A stretch of 64,000 bases of DNA from Flavobacteriaceae bacterium. GTDB taxonomy: Bacteria; Bacteroidota; Bacteroidia; Flavobacteriales; Flavobacteriaceae. Positions 41,266-50,419 of the stretch are shown here, in pieces (the stretch's first letter is position 1; every line of letters begins with the position of its first letter). A program made the translations under genes and the position numbers. The notes beneath the pieces were generated by a model. It was not told where the DNA came from, ran no database searches, and saw nothing but the letters and a program-made list of their open reading frames with translations. Where the stretch lies: NCBI GenBank assembly GCA_029242825.1, contig JAQWTF010000004.1, positions 571-64,570 of the forward strand, given 5' to 3'.

Positions 41266-42435
41266 CTATTGAATTTTTCTTCTTTTCCGCTCTGCAGCTA
41301 AAAGATCTAATTCTCTGTTTGTTTGCCCAGCTACAGAAGTATTCTCCTCCGCACGCCTCATTAGATAAGGCATAACATCTTTAACGGGTCCAAAAGGAAG
41401 GTATTTAGACACATTGTAATTGTTGGCAGCTAAATTATAGGATATATGGTCACTCATTCCATATAATTGACCAAACCATATTCTTGAATCATTCTTTTGA
41501 ATACCATTTTTCTCCATGGCGTCCATTAATAAATAAGTGCTTTCTTCATTGTGAGTTCCCAAGAAAACAGCTATTCTATCTATATGAGATAGCATAAAAC
41601 TTACAATCGTGTTAAAATTTTCATCTGTGGCGTTTTTATTCACGCAAATGGGACTTTTATACCCCTTTTCTGCAGCACGAACACGCTCTTTCTCCATATA
41701 TGCTCCTCTAACTACTTTAATGCCTATTTTAAAATCATGAAGCGTAGCATAATCGTATAAACCTTTAATATAGCTAAGCCTATCCCATCTATATGCCTGC
41801 AAGGTATTATAAATTAAAACTTTGTCTTTATTAAACTCTTGCATCATTTCACAAACCAACTGATCAGCAGCGTCTTGCATCCAGCTTTCTTCACCATCTA
41901 TCAGCAAGGGAATGTTTTGATTGTTCGCTGCTAAACAAATAGACCTAAATCTAGTCTTGACCATAGACCAATCTTGTTTTTCCTGATCTGAAAGAGTGGC
42001 GCCTAGTCCTGCTTTTTCATAAAGGGATATACGTCCCAATGCCGTGGGCTTAAAAACCACAAAAGGAATATGCTTTTTTGTAGTAGCAAATGTTATAAGA
42101 GATTCAATTTTTTGTTGAACCTGATCAAAATAAGCCTCATTTGACTGACCTTCTACCGAATAATCTAACACAGAAAAAACATTTTTTTCATGCATTGCAT
42201 CCATCACGGGTTCACAATCGTGCTCATTTACGCCACCGCAAAAATGATCAAATACAGTAGCTCTTATTAAGCGCTCTACTGGCAGGTTGGCCTTTAGCGC
42301 AAAATTAGTCACGGCAGTTCCAATTTTAACCAAAGGCTCCTTTGAAATCAATTTAAATAAGAAATAAGCACGTTCTAATGCCGTATCTGACTTTACTGAA
42401 AAAGCAGTTGCAGTATCCTCAAAAATTCGCTTCAT
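41266..42435 (-). CDS. Monofunctional proline dehydrogenase
   Basis: IDGEES, KVVRGAY, GTHN, GQLYGMSD, YLMRRAEEN; no P5C dehydrogenase domain. Confidence 0.93.
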   Translation of the reverse strand: MKRIFEDTATAFSVKSDTALERAYFLFKLISKEPLVKIGTAVTNFALKANLPVERLIRATVFDHFCGGVNEHDCEPVMDAMHEKNVFSVLDYSVEGQSNEAYFDQVQQKIESLITFATTKKHIPFVVFKPTALGRISLYEKAGLGATLSDQEKQDWSMVKTRFRSICLAANNQNIPLLIDGEESWMQDAADQLVCEMMQEFNKDKVLIYNTLQAYRWDRLSYIKGLYDYATLHDFKIGIKVVRGAYMEKERVRAAEKGYKSPICVNKNATDENFNTIVSFMLSHIDRIAVFLGTHNEESTYLLMDAMEKNGIQKNDSRIWFGQLYGMSDHISYNLAANNYNVSKYLPFGPVKDVMPYLMRRAEENTSVAGQTNRELDLLAAERKRRKIQ

Positions 42436-42526
42436 TTATAACAATTTGTCAAGTGATCAAATATAAGTACAGAATTTATAATCTGTAGTGATTTTTTATC
42501 TTTATTTTGTGCCTATAGCCCGTATT

Positions 42527-43591
42527 ATGAAGTCCATAAAAACACCTAATTCAATAGTTCATTTTTCAGACATTGCTATTGAAAAATTGAATGATCATTT
42601 ACTTGAGACGGATTATTCATCCGTTTTTATTATCGTAGATGAAAATACCCACGAACACTGTTTACCATTATTCCTGCCTAAAGTAGTATCTCAGTCTACA
42701 ATAGAAATTATTGAACTAGAATCTGGAGAGGAAAACAAAAACATTGAAACCTGTACTCAGGTTTGGAGTGTGCTTTCTGAATTAGGTGCTGATAGGAAAA
42801 GCTTAATGATTAATTTAGGGGGCGGTGTTCTTACAGACATGGGTGGTTTTATTGCGGCTACTTTTAAACGCGGCATTCAATTTATAAACGTTCCAACGAC
42901 ACTTTTATCTATGGTAGACGCTTCTGTTGGGGGCAAAACCGGTATCGATCTTGGGGCTTTAAAAAATCAAATAGGGGTTATTACAGAACCAGAAATGGTA
43001 CTTATTATGCCTGAATTTTTAAATACCCTAGAAGAGAGACAATTGAAAAGTGGGTTTGCAGAAATGCTTAAGCACGGACTAATTCAAAATCATGAGTATT
43101 GGAAAATCCTTTCCAAAACAAACCATTATAGAGACTTATCAGCATTAATAAAAACATCTGTTGAAATTAAAGCGGCTGTTGTTATTGAAGATCCCACAGA
43201 ACAACACCTAAGAAAGATGTTAAATTTTGGGCACACCTTAGGTCATGCTATAGAGTCTTACTGTCTTGAAAACAAGGAAATAAAAACACTATTACATGGT
43301 GAGGCTATTGCGATTGGAATGATTTTAGAAGGGTTTATTTCCTATAAAACAGTTGGCCTAACACAAGAAACCGCAGTAGAAATCAAAAACGTATTTAACG
43401 CCCATTTTAGTAAGGTGCATTTTATGGAGGAGGACATAAACCAATGCATTGATTATTTAAAATTTGACAAAAAAAACAGCCACGGAGAGGTGAAATTTGC
43501 CCTTCTGTCTAATATAGGAGCGCCAGCTATAGATATATTGGTTCAAGAAGAAACCATCAGAGAAGCATTTTCATTTTATTTAGAAAACTAA
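42527..43591 (+). CDS. aroB: 3-dehydroquinate synthase
   Basis: GGGVLTD, PTTLLSMVDASVGGKTG, LNFGHTLGHAIE, HGEA; start placed at ATG 42527. Confidence 0.96.
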   Translation: MKSIKTPNSIVHFSDIAIEKLNDHLLETDYSSVFIIVDENTHEHCLPLFLPKVVSQSTIEIIELESGEENKNIETCTQVWSVLSELGADRKSLMINLGGGVLTDMGGFIAATFKRGIQFINVPTTLLSMVDASVGGKTGIDLGALKNQIGVITEPEMVLIMPEFLNTLEERQLKSGFAEMLKHGLIQNHEYWKILSKTNHYRDLSALIKTSVEIKAAVVIEDPTEQHLRKMLNFGHTLGHAIESYCLENKEIKTLLHGEAIAIGMILEGFISYKTVGLTQETAVEIKNVFNAHFSKVHFMEEDINQCIDYLKFDKKNSHGEVKFALLSNIGAPAIDILVQEETIREAFSFYLEN

Positions 43592-43596
43592 ATGAC

Positions 43597-44136
43597 TTAC
43601 TTTTTCAAGTAACGCGTTTCAATAATATTAAAATGATGGGTCAAATGTCCTGATAATATAAATCCTGTGGCAGCAACACCCATTTCAGATCCACTAGCAA
43701 AGCCTTTGGCGTTCAGTTGCTGAGAGGAAAAGCTTTTAAAAAGTGATAAAGTAGCATTTCTAACAGAGATAAGCTCTTCTTTAATTGAAGCTAAATTGCG
43801 GTGAGCAGCATTTGAATTAGGTACATATGCATTTTCATCAAATCCAGGAAGAGCGTTAGTATCTCCTCTAGAAAAACACAAAGACCTATATTGGAAAATC
43901 CTTTCTGTGTCTGCCAAATGAATTAAAACTTCTGCAATAGTCCACTTTAATGGAGCATAAGCATCTTGCAGCTTAGATTCGGTCAGTTTTAAAAACAAGT
44001 CATCAATATCAGAAAAACCTTTAGATAGACTTTCTAGAAGAGTATTGTCTCCATTATTGTCTATATAGGATTGATAAAAAGGGTTAAAGTCTTCTGAATT
44101 TAAATCAGCAATTGTAATCTTGTTTAATAAGCACAT
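43597..44136 (-). CDS. DinB family protein
   Basis: KWTIAEVLIHLADTER and GHLTHH His triad; ATG overlaps the stop codon of the Lrp gene. Confidence 0.85.
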   Translation of the reverse strand: MCLLNKITIADLNSEDFNPFYQSYIDNNGDNTLLESLSKGFSDIDDLFLKLTESKLQDAYAPLKWTIAEVLIHLADTERIFQYRSLCFSRGDTNALPGFDENAYVPNSNAAHRNLASIKEELISVRNATLSLFKSFSSQQLNAKGFASGSEMGVAATGFILSGHLTHHFNIIETRYLKK

Positions 44137-44615
44137 TACAATTCATTGAATATAGTATGCATTAAACGCTTTTTATCGTTTATGCTCTCTTCCAAGGAAA
44201 TCATAGTTTCTGTTCTACTAATACCATCAATATCATCTATTTTGAAAATGATGTTTTTAGCATGTTTGGTATCTTTTGCTCTTATTTTACAAAAGATATT
44301 GAATTTTCCTGTAGTAATATGAGCAACAGTAACATTAGGAATGAGATTTAATCGCTCTAAAACAAATTTAGTCTGGTGTGTTTTTTCCAAGAAGATTCCT
44401 ACATATGCAATGAAAGCATATCCTAACTTCTCATAATCCACTGTAAGTGAAGACCCTAAAATAATACCACCTTCTTCCATCTTTTTTACACGAACATGAA
44501 CAGTACCTGCAGAAATGAGCAGTTTTTTGGCAATATCTGTAAATGGTGTTCTAGTGTTGTCTATTAACATATCTAGAATCTGGTGGTCTATTTCGTCTAA
44601 CTTTATCTTGCTCAT
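44136..44615 (-). CDS. Lrp/AsnC family transcriptional regulator
   Basis: LDEID..IL, HTH DIAKKLLISAGTVHVRVKKM, C-terminal RAM domain. Confidence 0.95.
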   Translation of the reverse strand: MSKIKLDEIDHQILDMLIDNTRTPFTDIAKKLLISAGTVHVRVKKMEEGGIILGSSLTVDYEKLGYAFIAYVGIFLEKTHQTKFVLERLNLIPNVTVAHITTGKFNIFCKIRAKDTKHAKNIIFKIDDIDGISRTETMISLEESINDKKRLMHTIFNEL

Positions 44616-44712
44616 TGGTAGTTCTTAAATGATGATGCAAAAATAATACAGAAATAGATATAATTCAATGAAATATAGATTTTTTTAATAAAAATGCAAT
44701 ACTCTTAACTAT

Positions 44713-45831
44713 TTAGACACATATACCAGCCACAATATCCTTAATATTTTGAAAAACAGTAGCTTGCAAATCAGAATTAATAATAGCTAAATCTATGATT
44801 TTATGAAAAGAGAACTTATTTTCTTGATCAAGTGCATAAAATTCTGGTACAAAAATAATTTTATTAGATTCTAACACCTCTTTGTATTGAATACCTACCA
44901 TAGTGTCATGAGGGATATTTTTATTCACTAAATGAGGGTGTTTAACACCAAGGTCAAGAAATTCTTTCTGATTTTCTGGAATACCAAAATAGGAAGCTAT
45001 AGTATAATTTAAATATGATTCACTAGAAATAGCATTTACCGCAGAAAACAAGGCGTGAAAAACCATTGCTCTGCTAACTTCTCTTTGATAATCCTCTGAA
45101 TAATGGCCAGCTTCAAATAGTATTGTTGGCACACCAAGTTCTTGGAAATAATCACCAACGCATTGATTGTTAAAAGCGTCGTCAAACCTTCCTATTTGAT
45201 TCGGAATCATTTGTTTCAATGTGTCATTCATGACCGCTATGAGCTTCATCGCTACTTCTCTAGACGGTGTTAGAGAACAATTCTTGTCTGCAGAAGGCGC
45301 CAGAAAAGACATGGTTGCAGGCCTTGCTGGTGATCCAACACTGAAAATAGTTCTTTGATCATGGAGATTAAAACAAAAATCAGGAGATATATAATCAAAT
45401 ACAGTCTTTAAAAAAACACTTTCTGGTTGAGAAAAATCTTGAAAGTCTCTATTTAAGTCTACTTGATTCTCATTAAACCTTGTATATGCAAATGCGCCAT
45501 CTGGGTTAAGAATTGGTATCACAATAAGGGTACATTGCTCAAGTATATGACTAGAGGCTTCTGAAGAAGTGTTCAAAAAATTTATAAAATCTACCAAACC
45601 TTTAGTAGTGGTAGATTCGTTGCCGTGCATCTGAGACCACATCAAAATCTTTTTATTTCCAGATCCAAAACGATAAACAGGAATAGGCGTCCCATTGACA
45701 GATTCTCCATTGAGATCTTTGACAAAAAAACTATCCCAGTAATCTGTGATTGGTTTTAAATCTGTCAATGGCAAATAGCGGCCTTTAATGGAATGAGTTT
45801 TATAATTGAGGTGTGAAAGATATTCTATCAA
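44713..45831 (-). CDS. M14 family zinc carboxypeptidase, no signal peptide
   Basis: SQMHGNE, NPDG, DLNRD, NLHDQ, LFEAG; start codon uncertain. Confidence 0.85.
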   Translation of the reverse strand: MIEYLSHLNYKTHSIKGRYLPLTDLKPITDYWDSFFVKDLNGESVNGTPIPVYRFGSGNKKILMWSQMHGNESTTTKGLVDFINFLNTSSEASSHILEQCTLIVIPILNPDGAFAYTRFNENQVDLNRDFQDFSQPESVFLKTVFDYISPDFCFNLHDQRTIFSVGSPARPATMSFLAPSADKNCSLTPSREVAMKLIAVMNDTLKQMIPNQIGRFDDAFNNQCVGDYFQELGVPTILFEAGHYSEDYQREVSRAMVFHALFSAVNAISSESYLNYTIASYFGIPENQKEFLDLGVKHPHLVNKNIPHDTMVGIQYKEVLESNKIIFVPEFYALDQENKFSFHKIIDLAIINSDLQATVFQNIKDIVAGICV

Positions 45832-45845
45832 AATATAGTTATTAA

Positions 45846-45947
45846 TTACAAATGTAACAAATACAGCTTTTACAATTGTAAATACTTTTTGTTTACATTT
45901 GTATTGTTATTTGGGCCAAATAAAAGCTGTTTTGGTTACATTTGTTA
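45846..45947. promoter_or_regulatory. Array of palindromic TTACAnnTGTAA-like operator sites
   Basis: TTACAAATGTAA 45846-45857, TTACAATTGTAA 45870-45881, TTACATTTGTAT 45893-45904, TTACATTTGTTA 45936-45947. Confidence 0.7.
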
Positions 45948-46097
45948 TCAATCAAAATTGAATCATTATTAAAATTACGTAAATCACTTAATTTCAATAT
46001 TTTAATTGTGTTTAATTAAAGTTTAAGTTGCAAAATTCTCACCATAATGATCCGAATACAGCATCACAATAATCGATATTCACATATTTAAGTTACA

Positions 46098-46541
46098 ATG
46101 ATAAACAGTCAAGATTTTATAAAAAGATTACAAATAATCATTGATCATTACCAACTTTCAGCCGCTTCTTTAGCAGATAAAATAGCGGTGCAAAGGTCTA
46201 GTATTTCACATTTATTATCTGGAAGGAATAAACCTTCACTCGAGTTTGTTTTAAAACTTGTCAGAAAATTTCCTGAGGTGAATTTATACTGGCTTCTCAA
46301 TGGAACGGGAAACTTCCCTTCTGCCCTATCTGAATCTGACGCGTCTAAAAGCCAGTTTGGAATTAGTTCAGAAGGAAATAATGAAAGTGAACGCTTGAGC
46401 AATGAAAAAACAACAGAAATGCCTAAGCCCTTAAAAGAGCCAATGCTCCATTCTATTCACAACAATACTCAAGATGAAATAGAGGCTGTTATAATTTGCT
46501 ATAAGAATGGAAATTTTAAATCTTATAAAAACTTAGATTAA
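46098..46541 (+). CDS. XRE/Cro-family HTH transcriptional regulator
   Basis: LSAASLADKIAVQRSSISHLLSGRNKPSL, WLLNG.G, low-complexity linker, short C-terminal motif. Confidence 0.9.
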   Translation: MINSQDFIKRLQIIIDHYQLSAASLADKIAVQRSSISHLLSGRNKPSLEFVLKLVRKFPEVNLYWLLNGTGNFPSALSESDASKSQFGISSEGNNESERLSNEKTTEMPKPLKEPMLHSIHNNTQDEIEAVIICYKNGNFKSYKNLD

Positions 46542-46566
46542 GGACATTTGTGCTTATTTTTATATC

Positions 46567-46938
46567 ATGAAATATATCTATATCCTATTATTTGCGTTTG
46601 TAGTATTAGCTTGCAACCCACCTCAAAGAAATTGCAAAGATTTTAAAACGGGGCGTTTTGAGTTTACTGCAACTATTAATGATGAAACAATAACTACCTC
46701 ATTTTTTAGAAACGACACCTTAGAAGTTGAAAACTTCAATGGGAAAATTGACAGTAGCAGCATTAAATGGGTCAACGATTGTGAGTATATTCTTAAAAAC
46801 CTTCATCCAGTCAATGCCGCTGAAGAAACACCTCTGTTAATAAAAATTCTGACCACATCTGACAATGGTTACACTTTTGAGTATGCTACAGTTGGAAGTG
46901 CTCAAAAAGCTCGTGGAACCGCCGTAAAAATTGACTAA
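46567..46938 (+). CDS. Hypothetical lipoprotein
   Basis: Lipobox VLAC; C.DFKTG.F and W.NDCEY motifs. Confidence 0.7.
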   Translation: MKYIYILLFAFVVLACNPPQRNCKDFKTGRFEFTATINDETITTSFFRNDTLEVENFNGKIDSSSIKWVNDCEYILKNLHPVNAAEETPLLIKILTTSDNGYTFEYATVGSAQKARGTAVKID

Positions 46939-46940
46939 GC

Positions 46941-47726
46941 ATGTTTGAAATTCTATTAAGTCCAGACGCCTGGGTCGCACTATTAACCCTTACTTTTTTA
47001 GAGATTGTTTTGGGTATAGACAACATTATTTTCATTTCAATTGCTGCTGGAAAACTCGCAGATGGAGATAGAAAAAAAGCAACAAACATAGGTTTGGTTC
47101 TCGCTATGGTGCTTAGAATTCTATTACTATTGGGTATTTCTCTTTTAACGGCTCTAAATGAACCCCTATTTCAATTAGACACTAAATGGGTACAAGGGAG
47201 CATTAGCGGGCAAGCAATCATATTGTTTCTTGGAGGATTGTTTCTACTGTACAAGAGCACCAAAGAAATTCATGAAAAAATCGAAGACAAGTCACATGAT
47301 GCCAATCAGGTAGCATCTAATCAGACCAAATCTCTAAGAGCCGCTATTATTCAAATCACAGTCATTAACATTGTTTTTTCTTTTGACTCTATACTCACCG
47401 CAATTGGAATGACCAATGGGATTTCAAGCAATCCCAATGACGCTCTAGTGATTATGGTCATAGCTGTAATAATCTCTGTGCTGATTATGATGATGTTTGC
47501 AAAGCCAGTAGGAGATTTTGTCAATAAAAACCCTACTATACAAATATTAGGCCTATCGTTTCTCATTTTGATAGGTTTTATGCTAACCACTGAAGCGGCT
47601 CACCTGTCTCATTTAGTTGTGTTTGATCAAAGCATTGGAAGCATCCCTAAAGGATACCTTTATTTCTCCATAGCTTTTTCACTCATGGTAGAGTTCTTAA
47701 ATATGAATATTCGAAAGAAACATTAA
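46941..47726 (+). CDS. TerC family membrane protein
   Basis: LEIVLGIDNIIFI, VFSFDSI.TAIG, KGYLYFSIAFS. Confidence 0.93.
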   Translation: MFEILLSPDAWVALLTLTFLEIVLGIDNIIFISIAAGKLADGDRKKATNIGLVLAMVLRILLLLGISLLTALNEPLFQLDTKWVQGSISGQAIILFLGGLFLLYKSTKEIHEKIEDKSHDANQVASNQTKSLRAAIIQITVINIVFSFDSILTAIGMTNGISSNPNDALVIMVIAVIISVLIMMMFAKPVGDFVNKNPTIQILGLSFLILIGFMLTTEAAHLSHLVVFDQSIGSIPKGYLYFSIAFSLMVEFLNMNIRKKH

Positions 47727-50416
47727 AACAATGTTGGCTGGCTTCCTGCTTTTCCATCACTAGACGCAGAGGGCTTTGTGTTTTCAGATACTTCCTCAGA
47801 ATTTTCAGATACTTCTTCAGAATTTTTGGACATCCCATCAGGGTTTTCAGATACTTCCTCAGGATTTTCTACCTCCATGTCTGTTGCTTCAAGATCTCCT
47901 TCAGGCTCATATGGTAGTGGATCCAGCGCTGCTGAATTTTTAATTTTTTCGGTACTTAGCTGGTTCCCTAAGGCTTTAATTCCTTTAGGAGCAATGAATT
48001 CCTCCATATTTATCTGCGCAGCAGGCTTGGCTTCTTTTCCCCTAGGCTTATTGAACTCTATTTCAAAAACAGGCCTCCAATCAGTAGACACAATCTCTAA
48101 ATAGGAATTCTCATGTTCGGTAATAAACAAGTCTTCTCTATTAGATTGCTCAATTAAGAAACGCTTTCCAAAGTATTTGTCCTTTTCTCCATCATAATAA
48201 ATTGCAGAAATTGGTTTAGATGGAATCCATTTTTCCAAAACAATCATATCTTCTTCAAAGTGAAGGGAAAGTTCTGGTGACATGGTTTTTACCACCCCTT
48301 TTTGTGTAATCACTAAAAGTAAGTCGTCTCCTTTAAATGCACCTAATAAAGTGCCTCTACCATCTACATTAAGACGTTGAACAACCTCATCGAACCATAT
48401 ATTCCTGGGCTTAAGGGTAGAGACACCTTTTTCTTTAAGTTCTATACGTTTCACCGCGTATTTAGACACAAGATTTCCCTTTGAGCTTCTTCCTTTGATT
48501 AAAACATCAGAGAAATCAATATCCCATTTTAATTTCTTTATACTGCCTACCTGTCTTAGTAAAACCGTAATTATCTCTGCCTCTCCATTAGGATTGGCAC
48601 TAAAATAAAGCACCTCAGAGCCAGAATTACCATTAGTTAGGTCATAAGCTCTATCTCTAGTAACCCCTGTTATATTAAATCTCTTAATGTAACTAGGGCC
48701 GTTTTTACCGTCTTTGTAGACTAAATTATAGGTGGTGCGTTTGTCTTTTTTCTTAAACACGGCTACGTGAAGGATGTTTTTAGCTACAAAAGTCTTGCTG
48801 TCTACTTTTGTAATCATGACATTCCCGTCTGCTGTAAAAACAATCACGTCGTCAATATCACTGCAATCAGTCACATACTCTTCCTTTTTCAAGGAAGTCC
48901 CTACAAAGCCCTCTGCCCTATTGACATATAGCTTTGTATTCCTCATCACAACTTTGGTCGCTTCAATGTCGTCGAATACTCTAATTTCAGAAAGGCGCTC
49001 CCTACCTTTTCCAAAGGTTTCTTTTAGGTTTTTAAAGTAGTCAATCGCAAAGTCTATCAAATGAGCCAAATGATGTTTTATTTGGGCCATTTTATCTTCT
49101 AAACTACTAATGTACTGCTGCGCTTTATCAATATCAAACTTAGAAATTCTTTTGATTCGAATTTCTGTTAAACGAGCAATATCTTCGGTTGTAATAGCTC
49201 TTTTTAGATGGGCTATATGAGGCTTTAATCCTTTGTCAATAGCACTAATTACACCTTCCCAGCTTTCTTCTTCTTCAATATCTCGATAAATTCTATTCTC
49301 AATAAATATGCGTTCCAAAGAAGAGAAATGCCACTGGGCTTCCAACTCTTCTAATTGAATTTCTAATTCAGATTTTAATAAGGCCACCGTTCTTTCCGTA
49401 GAACGCCTTAACATATCACTCACTCCAATGAAAAGTGGTTTATTGTCTTCAATGATACAGCCCAAAGGAGATATAGAAGACTCACAGGCCGAAAAAGCGT
49501 ATAGAGCATCTATGGTTTTGTCTGGTGAAATACCCGCAGGAAGATGGATTAAAATCTCCACCTGAGCGGCGGTATTATCTTCAATTTTCTTGACTTTTAA
49601 TTTCCCTTTCTCATTGGCTTTTAAAATAGAGTCAATTAAAGAAGAGGTGTTTGTTCCAAAAGGAATTTCGGTAATCACCAAGGTGTTTTTGTCAATTTGC
49701 CCAATTTTAGCCCTCACTCTAATCTTCCCTCCTCTTAAACCGTCATTGTATTGACTCACGTCAATCACTCCAGCAGTTGGAAAGTCTGGGACTAAAGTAA
49801 ATTTTTGGCCCTTAAGGTGCTTAATAGAGGCGTCTATTAATTCATTAAAGTTATGGGGTAAAATCTTTGTAGACAATCCTACGGCAATTCCCTCTCCTCC
49901 CTGCGCAAGTAATAAAGGAAATTTCACCGGTAAATTTATAGGCTCTTTTCTCCTTCCGTCATAAGAGCTCTGCCACTCAGTAATTTTAGGGCTAAACACC
50001 ACGGCCAAAGCAAACTTAGAAAGCCTTGCTTCAATATACCTAGAAGCTGCTGCACTATCTCCTGTCAATATATTCCCCCAGTTACCTTGGGTGTCAATTA
50101 ACAAGTCTTTCTGACCTATTTGCACCATAGCGTCAGCAATACTAGCATCTCCATGTGGGTGGTATTGCATACTATGTCCTACAACATTCGCTACTTTGTT
50201 GTACCTACCGTCATCTAATTCCTTTAAAGCATGCATAATCCTCCTTTGAACAGGTTTGAAACCGTCTTCAATAGCAGGCACTGCACGTTCTAATATCACA
50301 TAGGATGCATAATCTAAAAACCAATCTTTATACATACCAGAAACCTTAGTAAGGGTTTCTTCTGTATTTAGTTCCTCCTGTGAATCAGGAAAGTTTTCTT
50401 GCTCAAATTCTTCCAT
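47723..50416 (-). CDS. parC: DNA topoisomerase IV subunit A
   Basis: DGFKPVQRR, YHPHGDAS, AASRYIEARL active-site Tyr; follows parE. Confidence 0.93.
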   Translation of the reverse strand: MEEFEQENFPDSQEELNTEETLTKVSGMYKDWFLDYASYVILERAVPAIEDGFKPVQRRIMHALKELDDGRYNKVANVVGHSMQYHPHGDASIADAMVQIGQKDLLIDTQGNWGNILTGDSAAASRYIEARLSKFALAVVFSPKITEWQSSYDGRRKEPINLPVKFPLLLAQGGEGIAVGLSTKILPHNFNELIDASIKHLKGQKFTLVPDFPTAGVIDVSQYNDGLRGGKIRVRAKIGQIDKNTLVITEIPFGTNTSSLIDSILKANEKGKLKVKKIEDNTAAQVEILIHLPAGISPDKTIDALYAFSACESSISPLGCIIEDNKPLFIGVSDMLRRSTERTVALLKSELEIQLEELEAQWHFSSLERIFIENRIYRDIEEEESWEGVISAIDKGLKPHIAHLKRAITTEDIARLTEIRIKRISKFDIDKAQQYISSLEDKMAQIKHHLAHLIDFAIDYFKNLKETFGKGRERLSEIRVFDDIEATKVVMRNTKLYVNRAEGFVGTSLKKEEYVTDCSDIDDVIVFTADGNVMITKVDSKTFVAKNILHVAVFKKKDKRTTYNLVYKDGKNGPSYIKRFNITGVTRDRAYDLTNGNSGSEVLYFSANPNGEAEIITVLLRQVGSIKKLKWDIDFSDVLIKGRSSKGNLVSKYAVKRIELKEKGVSTLKPRNIWFDEVVQRLNVDGRGTLLGAFKGDDLLLVITQKGVVKTMSPELSLHFEEDMIVLEKWIPSKPISAIYYDGEKDKYFGKRFLIEQSNREDLFITEHENSYLEIVSTDWRPVFEIEFNKPRGKEAKPAAQINMEEFIAPKGIKALGNQLSTEKIKNSAALDPLPYEPEGDLEATDMEVENPEEVSENPDGMSKNSEEVSENSEEVSENTKPSASSDGKAGSQPTLF
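47781..47864 (-). repeat. In-frame 21-bp tandem repeats in the parC 3' end
   Basis: TTTTCAGATACTTCCTCAGAA-like units at 47781, 47802, 47844 plus a degenerate unit at 47823; encode xEEVSEN heptads. Confidence 0.9.
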
Positions 50417-50419
50417 AAA

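Noticed and set aside
45832-46097. AT-rich repeat-containing intergenic region near an AsnC-family gene as a possible oriC
   Set aside because: No recognisable DnaA boxes, no dnaA or gidA nearby, and by eye no switch in strand composition across it. A computed GC-skew plot would be needed to fully exclude it.
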